This document shows, piece after piece, positions 45,940 to 55,249 of a DNA stretch of 64,000 nt (position 1 is the stretch's first letter; each line of letters opens with the position of its first letter). The stretch covers positions 2,037 through 66,036 of the forward strand of contig CANCXL010000008.1 in the NCBI GenBank assembly GCA_947381905.1, in the 5' to 3' direction. The DNA comes from an uncultured Clostridiaceae bacterium (GTDB lineage Bacteria; Bacillota; Clostridia; TANB77; CAG-465). Under the pieces are notes generated by a model. The model was not told the origin of the DNA. It searched no databases and saw nothing but the letters and a program-made list of their open reading frames with translations. A program made the position numbers and the translations under genes.

Positions 45940-47310
45940 ATGAACAATATTGAACAAAAAATTGAAGAAGTAAGAAAAAAAATAGGAGAAAAAAATCTTG
46001 CTTTAATTTCATTTGCTATTGTATGTGTAATAATTACTGGTTTAATGATGCTACTAAAAGAATTTAAAATTCAAAAGCAAGAAGTGCAAAGTGGGTACAA
46101 TAGAGCATTGTACGATTTTGTATCAAATATAAATAATGTAAAAAATGAAATGCTAAAGCTTAAGATAAGTACGAATGATACATATACATTAACAACAATA
46201 TCTAGTATTTTTGCAAAATCTAATAGTGCAAAAGCCAATTTAGATATTCTTCCTTTTTCTCAAGATAGCTCAGATAACACATCTAAATTTTTAAATCAAC
46301 TTAGTGATTTTTCATATAATTTAATGAGAAATATATTAAATGGGGATAAAGTAGAAAACTATATGAAAAATATTAATTCTCTATATAAAAAAGTTGAAGA
46401 ATTATCTAAGATAACGGAAGAAATATATGCAGATTTAAATTCAGGTAAAATAAAATGGGATGAGCTAGAAAGAGTTGGAAATGAGAAAATGAAAGCTGCT
46501 AATGCAAATGAAGAAGTATCATCGGTAAATTCTATTGGAAAAACATTTACAGAATATGAAGGAATAATATATGATGGAGCATTTTCTAACCATATTCTTA
46601 CATTAAAGCCAGCATATTTGACAGATGTAGAATTATCAAGTAATGATGTAAAAGATATAATAAGAAATAAGATTAATATAGATAATATTGAGTTTAAAGA
46701 AGAGATAAATGGAAGGATACCATTATATGTTTATGAAGCAAATGTTAGAGATAATGATGTGTCTAAAACAATCTATGCAACAAAAAATGATGGAAAAATA
46801 TATCAAATGATATCAGATAGAGTAGTAAACGAAGAAAGAATAAATATAGAAGAAGCAAGAGAATTCGCAAAATCTTTTATTCAAAAACTTGGTATAGAGA
46901 ATATAGAACCAACATATTATTTAAAACAGGATAATATGGTTACGATTTCTTATGCTGCAATTGAAGAAGATGTAATAATATATTCAGATTTAATTAAAGT
47001 GAAAGTTGCTTTAGATGATGGAGAAATAATGACATTTGAAGCAAATGGATATATATATAATCATAAAGATAGAGAGATAAATCCAAGTAGGACAATTGAG
47101 GAAGCTAGAGAAACGTTAAATTCAGGAATTAATACAACAAATGAAAGACTTGCAATAATTCCAACGGATTCTAAAGATGAAGTACTTACATATGAATTTA
47201 AGGGGACAGTTGAAGACCAAGAATTTTTAGTATATGTAAATGCCAATACTTTAGTTACAGAAAAAATATATATTTTACTTGAAACTCCTGGTGGAACTTT
47301 AGCTATGTAA
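45940..47310 (+). CDS. ypeB: Germination protein YpeB
   Basis: N-terminal TM helix, about 450 aa, position directly after sleB, and C-terminal PepSY-like repeats. ATG at 45940 follows GGAGGA. Confidence 0.65.
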   Translation: MNNIEQKIEEVRKKIGEKNLALISFAIVCVIITGLMMLLKEFKIQKQEVQSGYNRALYDFVSNINNVKNEMLKLKISTNDTYTLTTISSIFAKSNSAKANLDILPFSQDSSDNTSKFLNQLSDFSYNLMRNILNGDKVENYMKNINSLYKKVEELSKITEEIYADLNSGKIKWDELERVGNEKMKAANANEEVSSVNSIGKTFTEYEGIIYDGAFSNHILTLKPAYLTDVELSSNDVKDIIRNKINIDNIEFKEEINGRIPLYVYEANVRDNDVSKTIYATKNDGKIYQMISDRVVNEERINIEEAREFAKSFIQKLGIENIEPTYYLKQDNMVTISYAAIEEDVIIYSDLIKVKVALDDGEIMTFEANGYIYNHKDREINPSRTIEEARETLNSGINTTNERLAIIPTDSKDEVLTYEFKGTVEDQEFLVYVNANTLVTEKIYILLETPGGTLAM

Positions 47311-47347
47311 CATGATAAAATAAATTATAAATATGAAAATTTAGTTT

Positions 47348-47382
47348 ATATAGGATATGACAAATATCCTATATTTTTTTTG
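47348..47382 (+). terminator. Intrinsic terminator
   Basis: ATATAGGATAT / ATATCCTATAT stem plus TTTTTTTT. Confidence 0.75.
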
Positions 47383-47491
47383 ATGAAAATTATAAAAAAA
47401 TTCTTATTCTTTATTTGTAATATTCATTGAAATACAATTATCTTTTTGATATAATAAACCATGGAAATCAAACAAAGGTTTAGGTGTGAAT

Positions 47492-48211
47492 ATGGAATAC
47501 ATTATAATAGATAGTAGGATGAGAAATGTAGAAAAAAATATGCTTAAATATCTTGGATACAGACTAGTTGAAATTCAAAGAAGTAATAATGTATATGCTG
47601 AAATATCTTCTCATGTAGATATTTTTACTACCAAAATAGGAGATACTTTAATAATAGAAAAAAGTAAGTATGAAGATTTGGAATTTATGCTAAAAAATAC
47701 AGAGTATAATATTGAATGTGGCAGAGAAAAAATAGGATTAAATTATCCCGAGGATATTAAGTATAATGTTTGTATACTAGGAAATTATGCAATACATAAT
47801 TTTAAATATACAGATAGACATGTCTTAAAAAGACTAAAAGAAAATGACTATGAGCTAATTGATGTTGAACAAGGATATACTAATTGCTCAATAGCTGTTA
47901 TAGATGATAATTCCGTTATTACACAAGATAAAAAAATTGCTGAAAAACTTATTGCAAATAACATAAGCGTGTTATTATTAGATTATACTCCAGATATTAA
48001 ACTTAAAAATGAATATGGTAATTATAGTAATATGAGCGGATTTATTGGAGGAGCAATTGGAAAGGTAGATAACAATATAATAGTTTTCGGTGATTTAGAT
48101 AAAATAGACAAGGATAATAAAATAAGAAACTTTATTGAGTCTAGAAACTTAAAAATAATAGATTTTAAGGGACTAGATGTAATAGATTATGGTGGAATAG
48201 TAGAGGTGTAA
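47492..48211 (+). CDS. Conserved hypothetical protein (about 240 aa); no motif that I can name with confidence
   Basis: Clean ORF that is translationally close to pcrA (the stop lies 1 nt before the pcrA start). Confidence 0.5.
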   Translation: MEYIIIDSRMRNVEKNMLKYLGYRLVEIQRSNNVYAEISSHVDIFTTKIGDTLIIEKSKYEDLEFMLKNTEYNIECGREKIGLNYPEDIKYNVCILGNYAIHNFKYTDRHVLKRLKENDYELIDVEQGYTNCSIAVIDDNSVITQDKKIAEKLIANNISVLLLDYTPDIKLKNEYGNYSNMSGFIGGAIGKVDNNIIVFGDLDKIDKDNKIRNFIESRNLKIIDFKGLDVIDYGGIVEV

Positions 48212-48212
48212 A

Positions 48213-50534
48213 ATGAGTGATTTATTGGTAGGTTTAAATGATAGGCAAAAAGAGGCAGTAGAATATATGGAAGGACCATTATTGATTTTAGCTGGAGCAG
48301 GATCTGGTAAAACTAGAGTTCTAACATATAAAATTGCGTATTTATTAGAAAAAAATATAGTAAAGCCATGGCAAATTCTTGCTATTACATTTACTAATAA
48401 GGCAGCAAAAGAAATGAAAGAAAGAGTTGAAGGACTTGTAGGACAAGTCTCATCAGATATGTGGCTTGGAACCTTTCACTCTGTTTGTGTGAGAATATTA
48501 AAAAGAGAAATCGAATTACTTGGATACACAAGAGATTTTAATATTTTTGATGAAATAGATAAAGAAAAAGTAATAAAAGAAGTTATGAAAAAACTAAATA
48601 TTGATGAAAAAATGTATCCTGTAGGACTTTTGAAATCTGAAATTAGTAAAGCAAAAGAAGTCATGAAAGATGAAATTGCTTATCAAAAATCTGCTATGGG
48701 AGATTTTAGAAAAGAAGAGATTTCTAAAGTATATACTATGTATCAACAAACATTAAGAAAAAACAATTCTATTGATTTTGATGACATTATAATGTTAACT
48801 GTAAGATTATTTTTAGAAAATCCTGATAGACTAATGTATTATCAAGAAAAGTTTCAATACATTTTAGTTGATGAGTACCAAGATACAAATAAAACACAAT
48901 TTTTACTAATTAGTCTTTTATCATCTGGTACCGGAAATATATGTGTAGTTGGAGATGAATCACAAAGTATTTATGGATTTAGAGGTGCAGATATATCTAA
49001 TATTTTAAATTTTGAAAAAGAATTTCCTAATGCTAAAATTGTAAAACTAGAGGAAAACTATAGAAGTACACAAAACATATTAAATGCAGCAAATGAAGTT
49101 ATAAAAAATAATAGTTCAAAAATAGATAAAGTTTTATGGACTCAAAACGAAGAAGGCGAAAAGATAGATTATAAAACACTTAATAATGAGTATGAAGAAG
49201 TTGAATATGTAGTAGAAAAGATAGACGATATATGCAGAAAAGAATCAAAAAAATATTCGAATTTTGCTGTACTGTTTAGAACTAATGCGCAGGCTCGTGT
49301 ACTTGAAGAAGTTTTTATGAAATCTGGAACACCATATAAATTAATTGGTGGTATAAAATTCTATGCAAGAAAAGAAATAAAAGATATCATAAGTTATTTA
49401 AAATTGATACAAAACAGAAATGATAATATTGCTTTAAAAAGAATTATAAATGAGCCTAAAAGAGGTATAGGAGATACTGCATTAGATAAGCTTGACATGC
49501 TTGCTACACAAAATGGTGTATCTATATTTGAGTTAATACAAAATCCTAATAATTTAACTGGAATTAGAAGCGCTGGAAATATAATGATGTTTAAAGACAT
49601 GATGAATTCATTAATAAAAGCTAAAGATGAAATGAAAGTGTCAGATCTTATTAAAAAAGTTTTAAAAGATTCAGGTTATGAAGATATGCTAAATTCAGAA
49701 GGAACAAAAGAAACTGAAATACGTTTTGATAACCTTATGGAATTTATTGGTGTTGCAATTGAGTTTGAAAATGAAAATGCAGAAAATACACTAGGAGATT
49801 TCTTAGAAAGCATTGCTCTTGTATCAGATGTAGATAATTTAGATGAGTCTACTGAGGCTGTTACACTTATGACAATGCATAGTGCTAAAGGATTAGAATT
49901 TGAAGATGTATTTTTAGTTGGAATGGAAGAAGGATTGTTCCCTTCAAAACGTTCAATTGAAGAGGATGCACAGACAGAAGAAGAAAGAAGACTTTGTTAT
50001 GTCGCAATAACTCGTGCTAAAGAGCATTTATTTATGACAAATACTAAAAAAAGAACACTATATGGTTCTACTACATTTTCTATACCATCAAGATTTATAG
50101 ATGAAATACCAGACAAATTACTTAGTGCAGATTCAATAGAGAATAAAGAAACAAAAGGTCAAAGCACAAGTGTATCAAATCCATGGTTAGATAATGAATA
50201 TAAAAGAGTAGAAACATATATTTCTACTAGAAACAGAGTAAATGAATCTATAGAGAGAAAGTCTACTACGCCAAATATAGGAGTAAGTGTAGATTCATTC
50301 CTTAAAAATTTAGCAGGTGCTGGCGCTACAACTACACCAAAAGTAAATTCGGCATCAAGTGCTAAATATAAAATAGGAATGGAAGTAAAACACAAAAAAT
50401 TTGGAGTAGGCATTATTGAAAACATAGAACCTGAAGGCGACGACTTTAAGTTAGAGATAATGTTTGATGGTACAGGTTTTAAACGACTTATGGCAAATTA
50501 TACTCCACTTGAAATTATAAAGGGAAATGAATAG
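48213..50534 (+). CDS. pcrA: ATP-dependent DNA helicase PcrA (UvrD/Rep family)
   Basis: Walker A AGAGSGKT, DEYQDTN, and helicase motifs III-VI (TMHSAKGLEF, VAITRA). Confidence 0.9.
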   Translation: MSDLLVGLNDRQKEAVEYMEGPLLILAGAGSGKTRVLTYKIAYLLEKNIVKPWQILAITFTNKAAKEMKERVEGLVGQVSSDMWLGTFHSVCVRILKREIELLGYTRDFNIFDEIDKEKVIKEVMKKLNIDEKMYPVGLLKSEISKAKEVMKDEIAYQKSAMGDFRKEEISKVYTMYQQTLRKNNSIDFDDIIMLTVRLFLENPDRLMYYQEKFQYILVDEYQDTNKTQFLLISLLSSGTGNICVVGDESQSIYGFRGADISNILNFEKEFPNAKIVKLEENYRSTQNILNAANEVIKNNSSKIDKVLWTQNEEGEKIDYKTLNNEYEEVEYVVEKIDDICRKESKKYSNFAVLFRTNAQARVLEEVFMKSGTPYKLIGGIKFYARKEIKDIISYLKLIQNRNDNIALKRIINEPKRGIGDTALDKLDMLATQNGVSIFELIQNPNNLTGIRSAGNIMMFKDMMNSLIKAKDEMKVSDLIKKVLKDSGYEDMLNSEGTKETEIRFDNLMEFIGVAIEFENENAENTLGDFLESIALVSDVDNLDESTEAVTLMTMHSAKGLEFEDVFLVGMEEGLFPSKRSIEEDAQTEEERRLCYVAITRAKEHLFMTNTKKRTLYGSTTFSIPSRFIDEIPDKLLSADSIENKETKGQSTSVSNPWLDNEYKRVETYISTRNRVNESIERKSTTPNIGVSVDSFLKNLAGAGATTTPKVNSASSAKYKIGMEVKHKKFGVGIIENIEPEGDDFKLEIMFDGTGFKRLMANYTPLEIIKGNE

Positions 50535-50543
50535 GAGGCTATC

Positions 50544-51116
50544 ATGAAAAAAATTACATTTGTTACTACAAACAAAGGAAAAATAGCAACTGCGATGAAT
50601 TATTTAAATGATTCAGATATTGAACTTGAATCATATAATTATGAGCTTATAGAACCTAGAACAGATGATATACAAGAAATTGCAAAGCAGAAGGTATTAC
50701 AAGCATATGAAGTGGTTAAGCAACCATGTATTGCACTTGATTCTGGATTTTATATTGAAGCACTAAATGGTTTTCCTAGAGCATTTGTAAACTTTGCTCT
50801 TGACACAATAGGAACACAAGGAATATTAGATATAATGCGTGGAAAAGAGAATAGGAATTGTGCATTTAAGGAATGTGTAGCATACTATGATGGCACTGAT
50901 ATTAAATATTTTTTCTATGAACAGAAAGGAACTCTTGCAGAGGAGTATAGAGGTGAAGATAAAGAAAAACAATGGAGTCCTTTATGGCATATATATAAGG
51001 ATACAGTATTTCCAGATAAAACTTTGTCTGAACTTACAGAAGACGAGATGAAAAAGAGAAGAAAATATATTGGTTCATCACTTCAAGAATTTGCAAAATG
51101 GTATAAACAACAATAA
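50544..51116 (+). CDS. Ham1/RdgB-like non-canonical purine NTP pyrophosphatase
   Basis: ITFVTTNKGK N-terminus, E.R..D..EIA and LDSGFYIEALNGFP motifs. Confidence 0.6.
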   Translation: MKKITFVTTNKGKIATAMNYLNDSDIELESYNYELIEPRTDDIQEIAKQKVLQAYEVVKQPCIALDSGFYIEALNGFPRAFVNFALDTIGTQGILDIMRGKENRNCAFKECVAYYDGTDIKYFFYEQKGTLAEEYRGEDKEKQWSPLWHIYKDTVFPDKTLSELTEDEMKKRRKYIGSSLQEFAKWYKQQ

Positions 51117-51204
51117 AAAAATAAGAGCACAATTTTTTAATTGTGCTCTTACTTAATATAGTTACTTGAAAAAAAATGAAAAAAATAGTATTATATTAAT
51201 ATAT

Positions 51205-51236
51205 AGTAAAAAACAAGATGAAATTAATCATCTTGT
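51205..51236 (-). terminator. Intrinsic terminator of small ORF E
   Basis: On the minus strand, ACAAGATGA / TCATCTTGT stem plus TTTTTT. Confidence 0.7.
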
Positions 51237-51299
51237 CGTATAGCATTACTATCTCACCTATAAGTAGAAAGGGAGAGGATTTAGAAAAATTAATAATAT

Positions 51300-51485
51300 T
51301 TATAAGTTATTTTTTAAATTATAAATTTCGTCTTCTATGTCATCAATGTATGATTTGATTTTTTTAGATAATCTAAATCTTTCTAAATCATATATAATAG
51401 ATAACATATTGTTAAGACCTTTATTTATTAAATCATAATTCATGCTATTTTGGGTGTCAGCATGATAATTACAATTTTTCTTCAT
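51300..51485 (-). CDS. Small protein E (61 aa), paralog of small protein D
   Basis: ORF track gives 51300..51515. I prefer the ATG at 51485, 7 nt after AAGGAGGTGG. The C-terminal half aligns with D. Confidence 0.6.
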   Translation of the reverse strand: MKKNCNYHADTQNSMNYDLINKGLNNMLSIIYDLERFRLSKKIKSYIDDIEDEIYNLKNNL

Positions 51486-51542
51486 AAAATCCACCTCCTT
51501 AAAGTGAGGGCTCATGCTGATACTACTATATATTATACAAAT

Positions 51543-51575
51543 GAGGTATAATTACGATTTTGGTAATTATACCTC
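51543..51575 (-). promoter_or_regulatory. Leader hairpin in the 5' UTR of small ORF E (homolog of 33962-33998)
   Basis: GAGGTATAATTAC / GTAATTATACCTC, a perfect 13-bp stem. The promoter -10 (GGTATAAT) is at 51610..51603 on the minus strand. Confidence 0.45.
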
Positions 51576-51654
51576 AAATAAAATATAATATATCATACTA
51601 TTATTATACCATATTTTGCACATTATTTCAAAGTTATAAACTATTAACTATTTA

Positions 51655-53199
51655 CTAAAATATAATCTTATTTTTATCATTATTTTTCATGTTTTTTAGT
51701 ACATTATTAATTTTTTCAACATTACATTCATCTTTTGATTCATAAATTTGAGCATATTCCTTAGCCTTTTTTAAATCTTGTGAGTTTCCTGTCTCTAAAT
51801 ATTTATTATAATATATAAATATTAAATCTTCATATGCTTTATATACTTTATGATTTATACATTCTTCTAGCAATTTTATGCTTTTTTCTATATCTTTTGC
51901 AATTCCAATTTCTGGAGCACCATTTTCATAGTAATAGTGAGCTAGATTATACTTAGACCAAAAGCAAACTGAATATACTGTCGCATCAGTGGATTTCTCA
52001 TAGTATTCAAAGGCTTTTTTTAAGTTCTTTTTTGTACCAATTCCTATTCTATACATTTGACCAAGTTTATTAGATGCCCAGCTTTCACCTTGTAAAGATG
52101 CAGACTTAAATAAATCTAGAGCTTTTTTGTAATTTCCTTCTTCTTCATACATTATTCCTAAATTATTTAGAGCATAAACGTAGTTTTTGTTTGCAGCAAA
52201 TTCAAATAGTTTTTTAGCCTTCTTTAAGTCCTTATTAATAAATGGAATATTCCCCTCCTTAAAAGCTGTACCAAGGCTATTTATTGCAGCTATACAATTT
52301 ACTTTTCTTGCTTTATTAAAATAATGAAAGGCTTTTTTCATATCATTTCTAGATTTAGTACCAATAAATCCATTATAATATAAATGTCCAAGTGCCCATA
52401 TAGCATTAGGATGTTTTTTTTCTGCAGCTGTTTTATAAAAATTATAACTTTCTTGGTACCTAGGATAACCTGCAACCTGTCCATAAAGTTCTAGTGAGCC
52501 CATTTCAAAGCATGCATATGGATTTCCTTTTTTTGCTAACTCATGAATTCCTCTAATTGACCAAAGACCACCTTTAAGTTGAACGGTGACAAAGTCTATT
52601 GCATCATCTGACGATACTTCGGAAGAATATAAAAAATCATCTAGAGTATCCATAAATTTATCTTCAACATAAACAGGTTGTTTTTTGTCAAGAACGACAA
52701 AAAATAATATTTCAATAAAGAACTTATATAGATTTCTAGAATCGAGTAGTCTTTTTAACGTAGAAGAGAATTCTTTTGTAACTTCTAAATCATTTTTTGA
52801 AATATTATATAGTCTTAAACATACTTTATTGAATTTAGCATTAGAATTTATTACATCTATAGGCTGATCAAAATAGTCTTTAGTTATAAATATATTTTTA
52901 TTGTCTATAGTTGCTATAATATTTAATATTATGTTCTTAAATGCATTTTCATCTTTTAAGTATTTTTGTTTAAGCCCAAGATAGATATTTTTATATGTTG
53001 AGTTGATAGCTCTAACGCCAGTACAATAATTGTTTACTGTAGTATCTGATATAGAATCTATATCAAAAAGAATGCAGAATATTTCAGATTGTATAGTAAA
53101 ACCTTTGTTGTTTGTTTCTTCTTTTAAAATTCTAAATAAATTACCTAAAGACAAATGTCTATTATTATTATTTAGTTTTACATAGTTTTTTTTATTCAT
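51655..53199 (-). CDS. Sel1/TPR-repeat protein with an N-terminal helix-turn-helix-like segment
   Basis: The C-terminal half has repeated A..LG.MY..G.G...........A..Y..KAA Sel1-type units. The N-terminus LGNLFRILKEE...TVNNYCTGVRAIN resembles an XRE HTH with an insertion; that call is weak. Confidence 0.6.
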   Translation of the reverse strand: MNKKNYVKLNNNNRHLSLGNLFRILKEETNNKGFTIQSEIFCILFDIDSISDTTVNNYCTGVRAINSTYKNIYLGLKQKYLKDENAFKNIILNIIATIDNKNIFITKDYFDQPIDVINSNAKFNKVCLRLYNISKNDLEVTKEFSSTLKRLLDSRNLYKFFIEILFFVVLDKKQPVYVEDKFMDTLDDFLYSSEVSSDDAIDFVTVQLKGGLWSIRGIHELAKKGNPYACFEMGSLELYGQVAGYPRYQESYNFYKTAAEKKHPNAIWALGHLYYNGFIGTKSRNDMKKAFHYFNKARKVNCIAAINSLGTAFKEGNIPFINKDLKKAKKLFEFAANKNYVYALNNLGIMYEEEGNYKKALDLFKSASLQGESWASNKLGQMYRIGIGTKKNLKKAFEYYEKSTDATVYSVCFWSKYNLAHYYYENGAPEIGIAKDIEKSIKLLEECINHKVYKAYEDLIFIYYNKYLETGNSQDLKKAKEYAQIYESKDECNVEKINNVLKNMKNNDKNKIIF

Positions 53200-53399
53200 T
53201 ATTTCTCCTTTGTGAATTTTGTGTGGATTTATCTTTTTTACTGTAGTTTAATATATGTTGCAAAAAGATAATTAATTACGTATAATAGTTATATAAGTAC
53301 TAATATTATAGCATAACAAGGAAAATAATGCAAAATTTGTATATAAAAAATGGATTATATATAAATGTTAGTATGCGTGAAAAAAGTGAGGATTTTTAT

Positions 53400-54467
53400 A
53401 TGAATGCAAAATTATATATAAGTAAAAACAATTTGAAATATAATATAGAATATATAAAAGATAAAATTGGAAATAGAAATATTATTGCGATGGTAAAAGC
53501 TAATGCATATGGGCTTGGAGATAAACTTATCTCTAAAGAATTAGAAAAACTTGGTGTTAATGCATTTGGCGTTGCAAATGTGTATGAAGGAATACATTTA
53601 AGAGAAAGTGGCATAAATAATGCTATGATTCTTGTTACTTGTGTATCGGCTGGTGATGAAATTGAATATGCTATAGAAAATAATATTTCTCTATCTATAT
53701 CAGATATAGATAACATAAAAGAAATATCTAGTATTGCTATAAGAAAAAATAAAATTGCAAAAGTACATATTAAACTTGATACTGGAATGACTAGACTTGG
53801 ATTTAATAAAGACAATATTATAATTAATTTTACTAATATTTTAAAATATCAAAATATATATGTTGAAGGAATATACACACATTTGTCTTGTGCAGATACA
53901 GATATAGAGTATACCAAAGAGCAAATTAATGAGTTTGAAGATATAGTAACAGAATTATCTAAAGTTTATGGCTTTGAATATATTCATATTTTAAATTCAG
54001 ACGGAACAGAAGATTATAATAGTGTTACAACTTTAGATACACATGTAAGAGTTGGAATAAGCATGTATGGTTATAGTAAAAATATGAAGCCAGTAAGTAA
54101 GCTTACAGCGCCAGTTATACACATAAGTAACATAGATAAGTATGCAAAAGTTGGATATGGTGGAACATATATAGCAAAACCTAATACTAAAATAGCAGTT
54201 ATAAAAATTGGATATGCAGATGGTATAAGTAGAAGCCTATCTAATAAGTTAAAAGTAAATATAAATAATGTAGAGTGTAATCAAGTAGGAAATATTTGTA
54301 TGGATATGATGATGGTAGACGTTACAAATGTAGATCTTAAAATAAATGATGAAGTTACATTATGGGATTATAATAACAATTTAAAAGAAATAGCAGATTG
54401 TAGCAACAAAATAGTATACGAAGTTATTTCAAATTTAGGAAATAGAATTGAAAGAATAATAGAGTAG
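53400..54467 (+). CDS. alr: Alanine racemase
   Basis: The AMVKANAYGLG PLP-lysine motif and a C-terminal beta-domain. ATG at 53400 follows GAGGA. Confidence 0.85.
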   Translation: MNAKLYISKNNLKYNIEYIKDKIGNRNIIAMVKANAYGLGDKLISKELEKLGVNAFGVANVYEGIHLRESGINNAMILVTCVSAGDEIEYAIENNISLSISDIDNIKEISSIAIRKNKIAKVHIKLDTGMTRLGFNKDNIIINFTNILKYQNIYVEGIYTHLSCADTDIEYTKEQINEFEDIVTELSKVYGFEYIHILNSDGTEDYNSVTTLDTHVRVGISMYGYSKNMKPVSKLTAPVIHISNIDKYAKVGYGGTYIAKPNTKIAVIKIGYADGISRSLSNKLKVNINNVECNQVGNICMDMMMVDVTNVDLKINDEVTLWDYNNNLKEIADCSNKIVYEVISNLGNRIERIIE

Positions 54468-54475
54468 GTGAGTAA

Positions 54476-55249
54476 ATGCAAATAGATATAAATAATTTAA
54501 AAATCAATTATGAAGAATTTGGACCTCAAACTAAAACTAATGTAGTATTACTTCATGGATGGGGAACGGATATAAAAACCTGGGGACCGATTCTAAGTGG
54601 AATGTCTAATAATTTTAAAACTTATGCTATAGATTTTCCAGGCTTTGGAGAAAGTGAAAAACCAGACGAAAGTTATACAGTAGAGGATTATTCAAAAATT
54701 GTATATGAATTTATTACTAGGCTAAAGTTAGAACATGTTATATTGGTAGGTCATTCTTTTGGTGGAAGAGTTATAATAAAACTTGTTGGAAAGCTAGGAT
54801 ATAAACCAGATAAAATAATTCTTGTAGATAGTGCTGGGATTAAACCCAAAAAGAAATTAAAGACAAAACTTAAAGAATTAACATTTAAATTTATTAAAAA
54901 ATGTGCTAATCTATTTTTAGGAAAAGATAAGGCAAAAAAAATAATAGATAAGTATAAAAATAAAATGGGATCAGAAGATTATAAAAATGCAGATGATACA
55001 ATGAAAGAAGTATTTAAGCATGTTATAAATGAGGATTTAACACAATACTTGCCAAGTATTAATGCACCTACATTATTAATATGGGGAGATAGAGATTTAG
55101 ATACACCAATATCTGATGCAAAAAAAATGGAAGAACTTATTCCTAATGCAGGGCTTGCTGTAATTAATGGAACAGGGCATTTTAGTTTTTTAGAAAATCC
55201 CAACTATTTCATGATAATAGTAAATAATTTTTTGGAAGGATGTGAATAA
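54476..55249 (+). CDS. Alpha/beta-fold hydrolase
   Basis: HGWG oxyanion region, GHSFGG nucleophile elbow, and a C-terminal GHF histidine. Confidence 0.8.
   Translation: MQIDINNLKINYEEFGPQTKTNVVLLHGWGTDIKTWGPILSGMSNNFKTYAIDFPGFGESEKPDESYTVEDYSKIVYEFITRLKLEHVILVGHSFGGRVIIKLVGKLGYKPDKIILVDSAGIKPKKKLKTKLKELTFKFIKKCANLFLGKDKAKKIIDKYKNKMGSEDYKNADDTMKEVFKHVINEDLTQYLPSINAPTLLIWGDRDLDTPISDAKKMEELIPNAGLAVINGTGHFSFLENPNYFMIIVNNFLEGCE

Noticed and set aside
51117-51160. Hairpin AAGAGCACAATT / AATTGTGCTCTT as the + strand terminator of the Ham1-like gene
   Set aside because: The stem is strong, but the T-run lies only on the minus-strand side (an A-run precedes it on the + strand). It may terminate minus-strand transcription or act without a U-tract, so I did not list it as a confident + strand terminator.
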